Assembly (NCBI GenBank): GCA_951406725.2
Contig: OX597814.1
Location: forward strand, 121,644,001-121,708,000
From: Octopus vulgaris
Lineage: Eukaryota
Reading direction: 5' to 3'
Length of the DNA: 64,000 nucleotides
Part shown: in pieces, positions 27,463-42,239 of the stretch
How the letters are laid out: each line of letters opens with the position of its first letter
How positions within the stretch are numbered: position 1 is the first letter of the stretch
Made by a program: the position numbers and the translations under genes
The notes under the pieces: model-generated
The model's database searches: none
Told to the model about the DNA's origin: nothing
What the model saw: only the letters and a program-made list of their open reading frames with translations

Positions 27463-28884
27463 TGCTGTTGTTGTTGTTACTGTTTGACAGGAAACTATTT
27501 TTTTAAATATATTGTAAGAATATTTTGCTTATGTGAAATATATTTCGCAAAACAAGATTACATAAATAATCCTTGAATTTATCTAGATATTCCTGACAGA
27601 AATGATTTTACATAACAATATATATATATATAAATTGTCTTTATTTTATATTTTTATTAACATTTAGTAAATATTAAGAATTGCGTTTTTCATGGCGACC
27701 ATTGCTGAAGCCAAACCGGAAAAACGAAATTACAACTGCAAAAGAAAAGTTGATTGCAATAATAATAAATTGCTTTCCTTAACATCGTCAAATCAACTTG
27801 AAGTTGGCATAAAAAAAAACACTAATTTTCAATAGAAATTAATCTGAAATTTTATGATTGTTGCTTTTTTTCTTTATATATTTTCTTTTGAATATTGACG
27901 AAGCTGGCTTACAATCACTCAAGACAAAATTCAATGAGGCACATAGTATAGTCGTTCTAATTTTTAAACAGAAATCAATTTAAATGAATATGGATATTAA
28001 TAGAAGAAATATTTTATTCATTTGTTTGTGATATATTCATTGATATTTTTGTTTTCTTTTAATCCGGACTTTGCAACATTTTACAAAATTATGAATTTGG
28101 AAATAGAAAAAAAAGATTGCAAATATTTTGACTTTATAACTCTTTAGGTAAAATTCTTTTGTCTAAACGGCAATAGTTATAAATACGTACATACATATAT
28201 AAATACACGCACACGTAAACTCACACCACACTCACATACGCATGCATACATACACACACACCACACTCACGCACATTTTTATATGTATGTATATATGTAT
28301 ATATAAAATGTATATTTGTATTTTGCGTATAAATATGTGTGTGTTTGGGCGTATGCTTGTTGTTAATATATTTGTTAAGCATCTACATGTATGCACATAT
28401 GTATGCGTGTATTCCTATGAATATGTTCGTAAAATACTGATACTTCTTTCCCTATTCTATAATATATTCATTAATAAACAATGGAAATTTTAAAAGAATG
28501 TAGAAATTTATTGAAAGATATTTTATTATTAAACAACACCGCTCAACACAAAACCCCTTTTCATATTTGTTCGTAAATTCCCAGATTAACAAATTTAATT
28601 GAATTATATTTTATAGTCTACATACTAATTTAAAGATTAATCATATAAGTCTACAATAGATACTTTATTATTTATGCACTATTTAACTCGCATGAAAACT
28701 TACTAACACTGAAATTTTTCGCAATATTTCCAACCAAATACACGATACTCTAAATGCAATTTTGTCAATGAGTAATTTCATCAACGAATGTTAGTATGCT
28801 TTCACTGTTAAATATGTTTCAATAACTTTCGCATTTATATATTGCTTAGGTATATATATATATAAATGTATATATATATATATA

Positions 28885-28934
<50 letters not shown>

Positions 28935-29006
28935 AATATATATATATATGTATGTATGTATATATGTGTGTGTGAATGTATGTATTTATGTATATAAATT
29001 TATATA

Positions 29007-29065
<59 letters not shown>

Positions 29066-29667
29066 GGTTAAGTAAATATTCAATAAGAAATATTAGTGTA
29101 TAATAAAAGTAATGATTTTGATAACCTTTATAAATTCTCCCCTTTCTTCATAACAAACAGAAGATAAGTCTATAACGAAACTAATGCAACATTTCACTTC
29201 TGAACTAAAATTAATACTGTAATATGTACGTGCGTATTTGAATGTGTAATAAACAATTGTAGACATATATAAATATATATATATATATATGGGAGGTGTA
29301 TGCATAAATGTATATGTATATATGCATATGAGTGCGTTTCTGTGTATGTGTGTATGCATATACGCATATATATATGAATGAATAAATGACTCAATCTATG
29401 TCTGTGAAACACAGTGCGTACTTTCTGTGTATGATTGCGCCAGCATGCAATTATATTTGTTACAATATATAAAGGCTACACGATAGTTTAGAAAAGTTGG
29501 TTTATGGAATTACTGTTCAGTAAAAGGTGTCGTGTTTCTCGTTAAACAATATTTCAAAATATATTTGTATATATTTGATTCTTAAAACACAATGTATTCT
29601 TAATTCTAAAAAAAATATGTAATAAAGTATGTGTGTGCAAGTGTGTGTGTTTGTGAGTATGCCTACA

Positions 29668-29725
<58 letters not shown>

Positions 29726-30749
29726 ATCCATAATCTCATCTTCCTAGCGTTCATAATAATTTTTCTATCGTCTTCGCTTAACAGCCCTCACCGTTTGTTT
29801 TTACTGTTTTGTTCTCACTGTCCTGTTCTTTTTACCACTTTGACCCTCCGCAACAAATCCTAAATTTTATTTTATTTGCTTTGCGGGAAGGACTGTTTCA
29901 ACGAAGTCGCGTATTGTCCTTGCCTTCGGATGCGGAGTAGATGAAACAGAGACAACTGATGAAGGGGAATATTCTTTATTCTGCATGTCTCTTTTCTCTA
30001 TTTGTTTTCGTTGTTCGAAAATAAGTTCGTTTCTATGTTTTTTGATTTTTATGTTTTCGTTTCTCATTGTGTTCGATGGTTTTTTGATGTCCTGAACCCA
30101 TATATACATGTATATATACATATATATGTAGGTATGTACATTTATGTATGTATATATGCATATATTTATATATTATTCATATTATTATATGTATATATAT
30201 TCCAGATGACTATGAATATGCGATAAAGGGGCCTCTATATAGACGCCGGCATGCAACAGACCACATTCACCAGCCTGAAGAGAAACTGTTGATTATATAA
30301 TTCATGTTATGCTCGCTTTGTACAATTATCCTTGAAGCTACGACTTGAAAATTGAGGAACAAAATTGTAATTGTGTTTCTAGATATGCAAATCACGGTTA
30401 ACGAATGGAATATTCACCGAGGAAACATTTTGTTAGTTTTATTTATTCTCATCGCTTCGAATATTCTACGTCAAATTTTATACTTTAGGCTGCTAGGAAA
30501 CAAAATATAACAATATTGAATATAAAACTTTTCGTGACGTAACAGATGCTGGGCTTGGATACCATTTTTCTCGTTTTAACCCTAATATACACAGACAAGA
30601 AAGAATTAAATAGACACCCCATAATTTTTTTTTAATTTTAACTTGAAAAGATTTATGTTTTTTATTAATTGACATTTTTATGTTTCATTTCTATATGTGA
30701 CTGTTTAACCATGATGTTTAATGCACGTACAAATTAACCCTTGGAACTG

Positions 30750-31709
30750 TTCGAATTTCAAAGAGTCCATATTGTGGAGCAATCTAAAGGTAGACATAGT
30801 CGCAGAAAACATTGAGATCCCACTTTCTACAGTTAATAGAGTGATTGTGCAATTCATCAGAGAGAGAGAGAGAAAGAGAGGAAACCCCAGGTCGACCAGG
30901 GCCCTCTAACAGGAACTTTCACATTAAGAGAAGTGTGGAGGCTAATCTACGTTGCAAGGTCTCTGACATAGCAGAATAAGGTGATGTCAGTCCCAGAATA
31001 GCTGTCAGGTATTTTCACAAACTTGGCTTCTATGGTAGAACAGCAAGAATAAAGTCACTTCTTCGACCACCTAATATCAAGCGGGGAAAAGATTGTGCCA
31101 GCGTGATGGTGAAGAGGCCACTAGCATTTTGGGGCACTGTTATATTCTCTGATGAGTTCAGATTTACTGTATTTTCTGACAGTGGTCGAGTGTGGGTCTG
31201 GAGACTTTGTGATCAAGAATTTGACATGAAAAGATTGCAGCCAACAATGAAACATGGCAATTACTCTGTGGAGCAACTGAGAGCATTGGTCGATCAGAGT
31301 TGGCGAAGTGTGAGGGAAACAGAAACTCAGATAAATATGTGTCCATAATGCGGAAAAGACTCCAGCCAATCTTCTCCAGTGGTGAAATTATTAAAGACGA
31401 CTCTTTATTTATGGAAGCCTTGTCACACAGCTAAAAAGGCCCAAGATTGGTTGGAAGAGAATGGCATTATAGCGTTTCCATGGCCAAGCCAGTCACTAGG
31501 TATAAACCCTATGAAACACTTCTGGGGCACAAGGGACATGACATTTCGTAAAAAGAACAATTAACACATCCTCAAAGCCAGGTCTTTTGAGATTATTGCA
31601 TGAAACTTGGAAAGAAATTCCTCTAGAGAATATTAGTCATTCGAACGGTAGCATGTCTAATAGGGTCCTTGCATTGAAAAATGCAAAGGACATGACTACT
31701 AAATATTAG
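30750..31709 (+). mobile_element. Tc1-like transposase pseudogene
   Basis: FWGTVIFSDEFRF..GRVWVWR..LQPTMKHG, PCHTAKKAQDWLEENGI..WPSQSLGINPMKHFW, C-terminal AK..TKY*; frameshifted. Confidence 0.88.
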
Positions 31710-31784
31710 ATATTCACATTATAGTAACTAATAAATAATCTGTACGTATAGCTTTAAATAGATTTCAACGATTATTGCTAGTTG

Positions 31785-32112
31785 AACCTTCACGTCAGCG
31801 GGGTGAAGACTGGTGGATTTTCTGCTCTGTCTTCGTGCTTCACGCATGTTTGGTCATATTTCAACTTTTCGATTCACTCATTCACGTTTCTACACGGTAA
31901 AACGTTGTCTGAAATCCTGTGATGAAGTTAGGCTCCTGATATCTTAAGACCAGACTGATCTCTATTCTTCCTTCGTACACAATGCCAGTGAAGTGTCCAT
32001 GTTGACTCAGCAACACAAGAAAGAAAACCGGAGCGATAAAGGCCCAACTACGGCTACGTAACTGCCAACGTACCGCCTGCAAGCACGCCAATAATTTTTT
32101 TACTTCACCTTG
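31785..32112 (-). mobile_element. mariner-like element, 5' end fragment
   Basis: TA|CAAGGTGAAGTAAAAAAATTATTGGC terminus at 32112. Decayed transposase N-terminus MDTSLALCTKEE*RSV...NVLPCRNVNE*IEKLKYDQTCVKHEDRAENP resembles the mariner HTH. Confidence 0.7.
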
Positions 32113-32202
32113 TATACACACACAAACAAACAAACGCACACGTACACATACACACCACAGCACACACAAATACACACACAAACACACACACACAAACACA
32201 TG

Positions 32203-32237
<35 letters not shown>

Positions 32238-32273
32238 TCAATATGTCTTATGTTTTATGAGATAAAAACTTAC

Positions 32274-32518
32274 CGAAGAGGTGAATTCATCGGTGTTGCC
32301 ACGCCGTAACCTTTTGAGTCAAGATTCTCACCAACTTTCATAGTATTGCATGGTTTTCTCTGGTTAAAGTAATCGTTCATAACAGATTCCAGGAAAAATG
32401 CATACGTTCCTTTCGAATTTCGAACTCGTTCAACGGCTTTGCTAGTATTGGAGACAAATACGCTCGTGTCCTGTGACATCACATCCCAAATTCTTCGATA
32501 GATAGACACTTGTGATCT
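32274..32518 (-). CDS. Internal exon (245 nt) of an AMPA-type ionotropic glutamate receptor, S2 ligand-binding lobe; homolog of vertebrate GRIA exon 13
   Basis: Acceptor tttacag|AGA at 32519/32518 and donor CTT CG|gtaagt at 32274/32273. Translation [81 protein letters not shown](R) matches GluA S2 motifs (YAxxLES, [20 protein letters not shown]). Phase 0 in, phase 2 out. Confidence 0.96.
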
Positions 32519-33763
32519 CTGTAAAATATTACAAAATAAAATTATCAGTTACCATAAAATCCGGACAATATTGTTACAGACAGAAAATGAAAATATTTAT
32601 TGATAAGTCCATGAACATTAAAATACATCTACCATCTTTTTAAAACTGTTATTAACTTGTAGACCTTTTACAAGTAACGGCTAATTGAACGTCTTCTGTT
32701 AAATGCATTTTTCCACACATAAACACGAGCACATTTATGCAAATACATTCACGTATGTGTGTATATTTACATTTATATGTACCTGTCTATCTATGTATGC
32801 ATGTATGTATGTGTGTGCATAAGTGTGGTAGGAAGTGTGTAGAACAAAACTGTTGCTTCTAAGAGCGTAAATATCTAAGACACACTTTCATATTGTATAA
32901 ATACTCATTTCCCTTAAACTATGTTCACATATAATAATTTCGTTACTTTCGTAGCTAGAAGGGATTTATCACTGATAAAACACATATTTCGACAAAATTT
33001 CTATAAATACAATCTACAGCAAGAAGGTTACATGTTTGCCAGAGAAGTGAATGCAGAGGAATTTATTGTCGATAAGTAAAATTAGGCGTGTTGATGCTGC
33101 GTTCATATTTACACAAGATGTATATATAGTAGCATTTTATGTAACATCTATTTCCAGGGGAAAATATTCATGCAAAAGATGTTTACTATCAATAATTTCA
33201 AGCTATAATGAAATCATGAAACTTGGAAACGAGGTTTCTCAATTGGGATGTAACTAAATATAGTTTTTCAGATAATGTCAACTCCAATTATTCGAACTGA
33301 CAAAATTGAATATATTTATGTATTCGAAAATATTTTTTTCTGCTTCTCGTTGCTATTCTGTCACCTCAGAACCAAAATATGTATCACAATTGGACATAAA
33401 CTTCTAAAACTTTGAGACTGCATTTCTAAAGAGAAGGATAATTGCAGCAGATATCACGCACCCAGAAAATACATCTTTCAATATCTTGTTTTTATACATC
33501 AGAACTTCGTTATTAAAATGTCACCAGTATATTCTTTATTTATTTATTATTTTGTTTTTGTCTTTTCATTTCTACATTCACCAGATCTCAGGTATTGGAG
33601 GGCTTAGTTGATGAAACCCAGCTCTGATATTATTCTGTCTTCTTTTTTTTTTTCAAAAGTTCTATGTTGAAGAGACGTAAAGAAAACAATATTGGGCGTG
33701 AAGAGATGAGAGCTGAAAACAAAGCATAGTGCCCTCACGCTGGCACACACAAGCATACACAAA

Positions 33764-33806
<43 letters not shown>

Positions 33807-34515
33807 ACACACACACACACACATACACACACGCACACAAGACTACATATATAAATATGAAAATATACTTATACGTATGCATGTCTGTACGCATGAATAA
33901 TTTCTATCAATCAAACTTACTCACAAGTGAGTAGTCGATCTGTGTTCACATAAAAGCCACTTGCCATTGATGTCATTCCGTGTGACTCAAGACGAAGCCC
34001 CCTACGTGCGATGTGAACTTCTTCCCTACAGAGCACTGACTACGCTGTATGCTCACGTCATAGTAAACAACAGAACATTTCTGATTTCAGTATTTCTTAT
34101 TATTTAAAGAGCTGATCTGCACATACTTGTGGTCCGTTCTAACCCAGAACAGCAATACCTGCCAGGGTCTCATCGCTGGTTTTAATAGATTTCCCATGGG
34201 TAGAGAATGTTTCTGTTATTTTTATCAAAGCCGTAGCGAAGGTAGCTATATTTGGAGAAAGATACCCTTGACATCAAACACGCAACCAAAGTAGTGCAAG
34301 TCAAATTGCAGTGATTGTCACTGGAACCAACTGTGGCGACCGAGAGAGTGGCAAAGTACAAACTTTTGTCACATAAATGGAATGTCGTAGAATCATTTCT
34401 GAATGTTACACTGCTATCATCTGACAAGATGAAGCGATCTTCATATATGTATGCATATATATGCATGTTTGTATTTGTTTTTGTGTGTGTGTGTATGAAT
34501 ATTTATCTTTAAAAA

Positions 34516-34842
34516 GATCCCCTTCGGTCATGAATGGCCATAAGATTGTACATAGAAAGTTATCCACCTAAACATGAGCCCAGGCAAGGTTGTTTATGGA
34601 AGACTAGCAGGTGTCTATGCATACCAGCGTCCCCCGCCACGCCACCGAAGTTATCAAAGGAAAAGCCTAAGGCCGATCTAGCTTGGCACCCGTGACACCA
34701 CAACTCATTTCTACAGCTTGAGCAGAGTGAAATAAGGAATCTTGCTCAAGAACAAGAGCATAACACATAGCCCGGCCCGTGAATCGAACTCTCTAACACA
34801 TTGTGAGCGGGATCCTCTAACCACTGAACCATGCGCCTTCAC
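34516..34842 (-). mobile_element. SINE family C copy
   Basis: Diverged reverse complement of 5846-6180, with a tRNA-like head at 34780-34842. Confidence 0.8.
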
Positions 34843-34850
34843 TATATATT

Positions 34851-35156
<306 letters not shown>

Positions 35157-35160
35157 AATG

Positions 35161-35222
<62 letters not shown>

Positions 35223-36358
35223 GAGTGATAGAGGGGAAAATATATTAAAGCTATTTTTTCATTATATAAATTATAACTGTTAAATGTAATATGTAACAGA
35301 TAATAGATTATTGTCTAAAGAATCATCATATATTAACATTACCTAATTAATGATGTAGAGTTTCAAATATACTTTCAGGTATGATATTTAACAATATTTT
35401 GGTACAAAAGAATATATATTTAGTTTAAGAACAAATAAATACAGTATTTTATATTATATATTCAGTTTTCAAGCATTGTGCGAAAGAGTGAAATGTATGT
35501 ATTAAAGGGGAAATGCATTGTATGAATACAATGTTAGAAATGTAGAGTTGAATTGAATAGAATATGAATATAATTCTCTCTGGAAACTTCAGATAATACA
35601 ATTCAAGATGATAGTTCTGAGCTTGCATGGTGTAGCTGCAGCCAAACAACAGACATATGCACATGAATATCAGAACGTTGAAACAATTATACATTCATGA
35701 CATTTTTGCCTTTGTTTGCTATGCCTGTTTTCGTTTGTTTTACTATGCTTGTTTTTGTTTGTTTCTTTGCTTGTTTGGTTAGGGTCTTTTTATTTTTTCA
35801 TCTGCAAGTAATTTCTATTAGAACTCTAAGACATCACCTCATTACAATTTTGATACGACGAAGATGCACACAGGCAACAAATATTTCATTAGAAACCCGC
35901 TATCCTCTCACATGCTATTAATCACGACTAACTAAATTCTCATTTATTATAAATCTTACAACTAGCCGTTGTCATTATATCATCATCGTTCTTCTCACTT
36001 GTCAACACTAAGCGAACAAATGCAAAGAAATATCCTGAAACTTCATTAACATAACTCAATGCTCTATGTTTGATGTTTTCCCAGAAAAATCTATTTATAC
36101 TAAACTTTTGTTTTCTGAAGATTATAAATGATGCACTTGTTTTGAAAATTAATCAATTTTTCTCTTTTGGCTTTTTTATCCTTTTGTCTTGTTATATTCA
36201 CAATGAAAAGCACTACATAAGGACAGCAATGTTTCCTGCGTTGTGCTTAGAATGAGAAGGAATTGAAGCTAAGTGAAGGATGATATAGACATGTATATAT
36301 ATATATAGAAAGAGAAAATCATGTTTCGAATTTCTTTGAGAAATATATATATATATGC

Positions 36359-36389
<31 letters not shown>

Positions 36390-36391
36390 CA

Positions 36392-36425
<34 letters not shown>

Positions 36426-36443
36426 ATTATATATATATGCATG

Positions 36444-36475
<32 letters not shown>

Positions 36476-37253
36476 TATTTATATGTATATATATATATGT
36501 ATGTATATATATATGTATAAATTTACCTTGCAGTTGCTTATAGGCAGATGAATCTGATGTAATTTAAGTAATAGAGGGCTATATGTGAAATAATTATGAA
36601 ATGGTTGCATTTAAACTAATCTTAAAGTAAAGGTGATATATGCGAAGTGATAGTTATGCGTATAATATTTGCTTGTGAAGAAAGGCTCAAATATCTGTGT
36701 GCGTGTATGTGTGTGTGTAACGTTTAATCTGCACAGTATAAATCCATTAATTTTTAAAGATGAAGCTGAACATGATAATTAGATCACACTCCCAACGAAG
36801 ATATGAAATATGTGATAAGCAGCTGTACAATATCATAAAAGTCTAATTTCTAATGTTGTACTACTTTCTTAATAAAACAATGTCATTCGTCAGAAAGACA
36901 GACCTGGCAAAACAGTTTAATTGTTGAGTACATATATATGTCTGTCATTCACAAAGAATATTGGCGTAACGAAGTACCGAATCTTTTGTCAACCGCAAAC
37001 CTAACGTGCTGTTAGTTGATGCTAGTAACAGCTTTAAACGTCAGCTACAAGGTATGGACAACTCTTTCAACATAAGTGCCAAAGGAAATATTTCCAAACA
37101 ACTATTCTGAAAGCAAAATTATTTATGTTGCTAAATTACTAAGCAACTAACTGGAAAAGTTGAGATTTTCATCCAAATAGGTGGTGTCCCATCGCGTAGC
37201 TTGTAAGCACAATATTTCAGCGGAAGAGGAACATATGCAGAATAAGTCAAATG

Positions 37254-37790
37254 GTAGGGCGGCGAGCCTGCCGTTACATTCTGAGTTCAAATTCTACCGA
37301 GGTCGACTTTGCCTTTCATCCTTTCGGGGTCGATTAAATAAGTACCAGTTACGCGTTGGGGTCGATATAATCGACTTAATCCGTTTTTCTGTCCTTGTTT
37401 GTCCCCTCTGTGTTTAGCCCCTTGTGAGTAATAAAGAAATAGGTATTTCTTCTACCGCTACGTTCTGAGTTTAAATTTCGCCGAGGTCGACTAGGCCTTT
37501 CATCCTTTCGGGGTCGATTAAATAAGTACCAGTTGCGCACTGGGGTCGATGTAATCGAATTAATCCGTTCGTCTGTCCTTGTTTGTCCTCTCTGTGTTTA
37601 GCCCTTTGTGGGTAGTAAAGAAATGGGTATTTCGTCTGGCTTTACGTTCTGAGTTCAAATTTCGCCGAGGTCGACTTTGCCTTTCAACCTTTCGGGGTTG
37701 ATAAATTAAGTACCAGTTGCGTACTGGCGTCGATCTAATTGACTGGCCCCTCCCCAAATATTTTGGGCATTGTACCTACAGTAGAAAAGC
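37254..37790 (+). mobile_element. SINE family B, three-module copy with 12 bp TSD
   Basis: Three tandem modules; ATAAGTCAAATG at 37242-37253 and 37791-37802. Confidence 0.9.
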
Positions 37791-38376
37791 ATAAGTCAAA
37801 TGCTTAAAAAAAACAGCTTATGTACGCGTAATTTTATACTGAACTATATAAAATTATGAGTATGGTAAAGATTACGCCCCTCACCTTTATGCATACTTAT
37901 GTATTTCCTCTTGTTTCACAAAAAACAATGAATTGTTAGAAACTCTAGCGGGGTCAATTAAATGTCGTATGATATTTAATTTCCAACCTAATCTGACCTG
38001 TGTTCACTTTCACCAGAATCAGTTTTGCTTTTTTATCTTTTGATGTCAAATTGGAAAACGAAAAACGAAACCGGTGGAAAGGATTATAGCAACTCCTTGT
38101 TTAATCATCAAAATGTTTCTCCTTGACTGTGCAGTTAAGAACCCTATTTTACAACCACGTGATTTCGGGTTCATTCCCATTCCCACTGATGGCATCTTGG
38201 GCAAGTGCCTACAAATATAGTTCCAGGTCGGACAATGGTTTGTGAGTGTACATGGTTTACAGAAACTGTGAAAGCCTGTTATATATATATATATATATTT
38301 ATATATATGTGTGTGTGTATGTGTGTGTGTGTGTGTATGTATCTGTGTGTGTGTTTGTATGTGTGTGTATGTGTGT

Positions 38377-38691
38377 GAAGGCGCGTGGCTTAGTGGTTAA
38401 GGCATTCGACTCATGATTGGAAGATCGTGAGTTCAATTCCCAGCGACAAGTTATGTCCTTAAGCAAGACATTTTATTTCACGTTGCTCCGGCCCATTCAG
38501 TTGGCAAAATGAATACTACCTATATTTCAAATGGCCGGCCTTGTCACACTGTGTCACGCTGAATCTCCCTAAGAACTACGTTAAAGGTATACATGTCTGT
38601 TGTGTGCTCAGCCACTTGCACATTAATTTCACGAGCAAGCTGTTCCGTTGATCATATCAGCTGGGACCCTCGTCATCGTAACCGACGGAGC

Positions 38692-38692
<1 letters not shown>
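38377..38692 (+). mobile_element. tRNA-derived SINE (family C-like head and centre, different 3' body)
   Basis: GGCGCGTGGCTTAGTGGTTAAGGC..GAGTTCAATTCCC, then GCAAGACATTTTATTTCACGTTGCTCC shared with the copy at 5846. Confidence 0.75.
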
Positions 38693-38733
<41 letters not shown>

Positions 38734-39828
38734 CGATAGGCTTAAAAATTAAGTACCGGGTCAATTTGTTCAACCAAAATCTCTTCCAAACATTTCCCCA
38801 CAATGGCTGCAGTCCAAGGAGTGAAACAATTAAAAAATAAAAGGTGATTCTGTTGCAATAATTGCTTCCACTCAAAAAAATACCAAGATTTTCAAGAAAA
38901 AGAATAGTTTCTATAAAATTAACTTCATTAAAATTGTAGGGGTTACTAAAGAAGGAACTCACACAAAATAAAGAGACAAAGAAATAAGGAGAGAGATTAA
39001 ACATCGATCCTATTAAGATTATTATTTGTAAAGCCATCTATACGAGGGAATTTCTATTCATTTTTTATGATCAAAGATGCTAAAGTGTACAATCGATGGC
39101 TTTATGATGGTTCTGTCAATATTTTGGTCTAGATTTAAGTACACAATATACATTTTTAAAATACCATAAAAGGCCGGTATATCTTTATAACCAGATATTA
39201 TTAGTGGTAAGCACAAATTTCTTTGTTTATATAATATAACAAGAAATGAGTTCAATATTCTCCTACTAAAAGGCTGCTTCTTCCTCTCTCGGTGAATCCC
39301 CATAATCAAATAAATATATACATTGAAGACAAGAGACATAAAAAAATCGACCAAGTTTACATAGCCTTATTACATAGCCTTATAGAAAAAAATATTAACC
39401 TCGTCAGTAGACTCCTCTAAATAGTTATACAGGCATAAAAATTATATTATACTCTACAAATATACAACGACATTTCTCGATTCTACCTTCTATATACATA
39501 ATATTTACTAACAACTCTAACCCGTTCCCCCAACAGATCGATGCAAACTCAAATTTTCTATTAAAAACGAAAAGGTTCCAAATAGGAAATCAATCATTAT
39601 TCACTGTTCATTTTTTTCTAAAAATTTCTCACGTCGTATCGATTTAACTCGACCGCCTTCATCTTCCCTGTAATTATGCTTCACTTGTTCTATGATTATT
39701 CATGCACGAGAACACATATATATGCGTTCATATATCTGTGTGTGTGTGCATGTGTTACTATTGATGAGTATATGTATACACATATATGAATGTGCTGCCG
39801 TGTCTATCTCACCGTTTTTATACATACG

Positions 39829-39880
<52 letters not shown>

Positions 39881-40294
39881 TGTGTGTATGATACAAACAT
39901 ACAAACATACATCCATATATATATATAAACACATTTATATGAATATATATGGCATATATATTTACATTTTTCCACACGTACCAACATAAAAATATATGTA
40001 CAGACGTATGGGTCTATGAGAGAATGCGTGCGCATGTGAGAATAAATAAACTTCAGGAATATGTACTATTTGTAGTATAGGCAGATAAAAACTAATTCAA
40101 AACAGTATGCACATCATGGCACTCATATTAGAAAGATGCAACGATCATAAAAATAAATACACACCTCTTGAATATACACACACGCAGGCTCATTGACTTG
40201 CAGTCACATATCTATATTCATTACAAGCATTTGTGTGTATATATATGCATATATGTGTATGTGTATATATGTGTATATTATATATATATATGTC

Positions 40295-40353
<59 letters not shown>

Positions 40354-42239
40354 ATATATATATATATATATATATATAGACATATATATATATAATATAT
40401 ACACATATATACACATACATATATATATATATATATGCATATACTTATACAGATATACATATATATATACATATATATGTATGCACACACACACAACACA
40501 CACAGACACACATATACATGTATACATCCATACATATATTCACATGTGTGTGTTGTGCATGCGTATGTGTGTGTAGACATACGTATAAGTATGTGTTTCT
40601 GAGTCACTGTTTGCAAGCACAGTCACTTTAAATGAAATTTTATACTTCATCTCACACTATCTTTGAATAGATAAGCCGCATATATATATTTACATGCAGT
40701 CATTGGAACACAAAGACAAACACATACGTACACACACACACACACACACACACACATACTTACAAAGGTTTGTTGAAGCAAATAAGAGCAATAGAACTCA
40801 AGACAATTTTTTTTTTCGGCTTTAAAGTGACATGAGTCACTCAAGCGCCGAGAGTTTCGTGCACTTATCGAAATTTTGGGGGAAATATTTATTAAATTCA
40901 AATTGCATTGAATATTTTGTTTTTGTTAATATAGCTGGAATATCTTAGAGGAAACGACGGTGAACTTTAACTATATATTAAGATATTTCTGAGTGTTACT
41001 AATTTATCTATCTCTACATGTGTAGAGGCATGCGTGAGTAGGTGTGAATATCTGTTGTTGTTGATGATGATGATGATGATGATGATGATATGGCATGTGT
41101 GCCTTTGTATCTTTGTGATTGTGCGTGTGCATATATGCGTTTTTTCAACATGAATGTTTACGATTTTATAAGCATTAAACACCTGTTCTTTACCACACCT
41201 GCACGCTTTCTTCTTCAGGAGGCATAACTTTTACTTTTTACAATGTAATCTGCCAGAAACATCCTTTCCTTGATAACGATAACAACTATAACATGGTCCT
41301 TGTGTACCTATGACTGTTTTGAATGTTTGTATGTATAACCATCTATGCATGTATGTATATATGTATATACATGCATATATGTATGTATATATATATATAT
41401 ATATATATACTTTATGGCTGTGCGTATACGTGCATACTACACACGCATACTAGGGCATTTTTCGATATACATATATGCTTTTATGTATGTAGAACGTTAA
41501 ATCGTATATATTTTGTTATAACTATTGTATTTTGTGATGCAACATGTTTAGACTGATTCAACAAACATTTTGCCCGATTTCTGTATATTTCGTCTTTCCT
41601 CTTCTTTTGATTTAGTTCTTTTTTTATATCTCTGAAATTCAAATTCACATCATATAGAATGCTACAGTTTGTGAAATCACTTTTTCTACTAAATAATAAT
41701 TTTAAAATCGTCGAAAATTGAAAGAAATTTCAAACTAGTTAAAAAGTGCATTTTTCTAAAGTTCAACATGAAAAATGATGGAAATTTTAACCTGAAAGTG
41801 TTCATCACATTTTTTGGACGAATGTTTCTTGTAGACTACTAACGACGTAGATTTAAATAGTAATTATTGATTAATTGCAAATTATTCAATAATTATTATT
41901 TCCATTCAAAATATCAGATGAAGTTTTTAATAATCGAATTGTTAATTTCTGGAGACAACTACAACTTTCGAATTCCCTATAAACTTCTCAATATTTCACT
42001 CTCCCTAAGAATTTCACATATAAATTATGGGAAGGTCACTTCCCCTTTAGAACTTAGATATATTTATACTTGATATATGTTAGCTTTGTATACAAAGTTC
42101 ATTTAAGACACACGCCATTGAACGACACTTAATCTACTCGATGGTGCTGCTAACGCACACGCTCACGTCCTGATTCTAATAAAACAAAAGCTACTCTATT
42201 CATTATTGTAATTCGATCTCCTATAGTTTTCTTCAATTA

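Noticed and set aside
29943-29966. GAAAC...CTGATGAAGGGG hammerhead-like words in a TA-flanked repeat
   Set aside because: Spacing is too short and no set of stems can be drawn.
33051-33257. ORF containing LSIISSY, resembling iGluR M3 (IISSYTANL)
   Set aside because: Wrong strand and no TANLAAF; chance match.
37254-37790. Regularly spaced repeats suggestive of a CRISPR array
   Set aside because: The units are ~190 bp SINE modules without unique spacers; eukaryotic context and no cas genes.
38377-38450. tRNA-like sequences (also near 5846, 10110 and 34780)
   Set aside because: They have A and B boxes but no complete cloverleaf, and each continues into SINE body; these are SINE heads, not tRNA genes.
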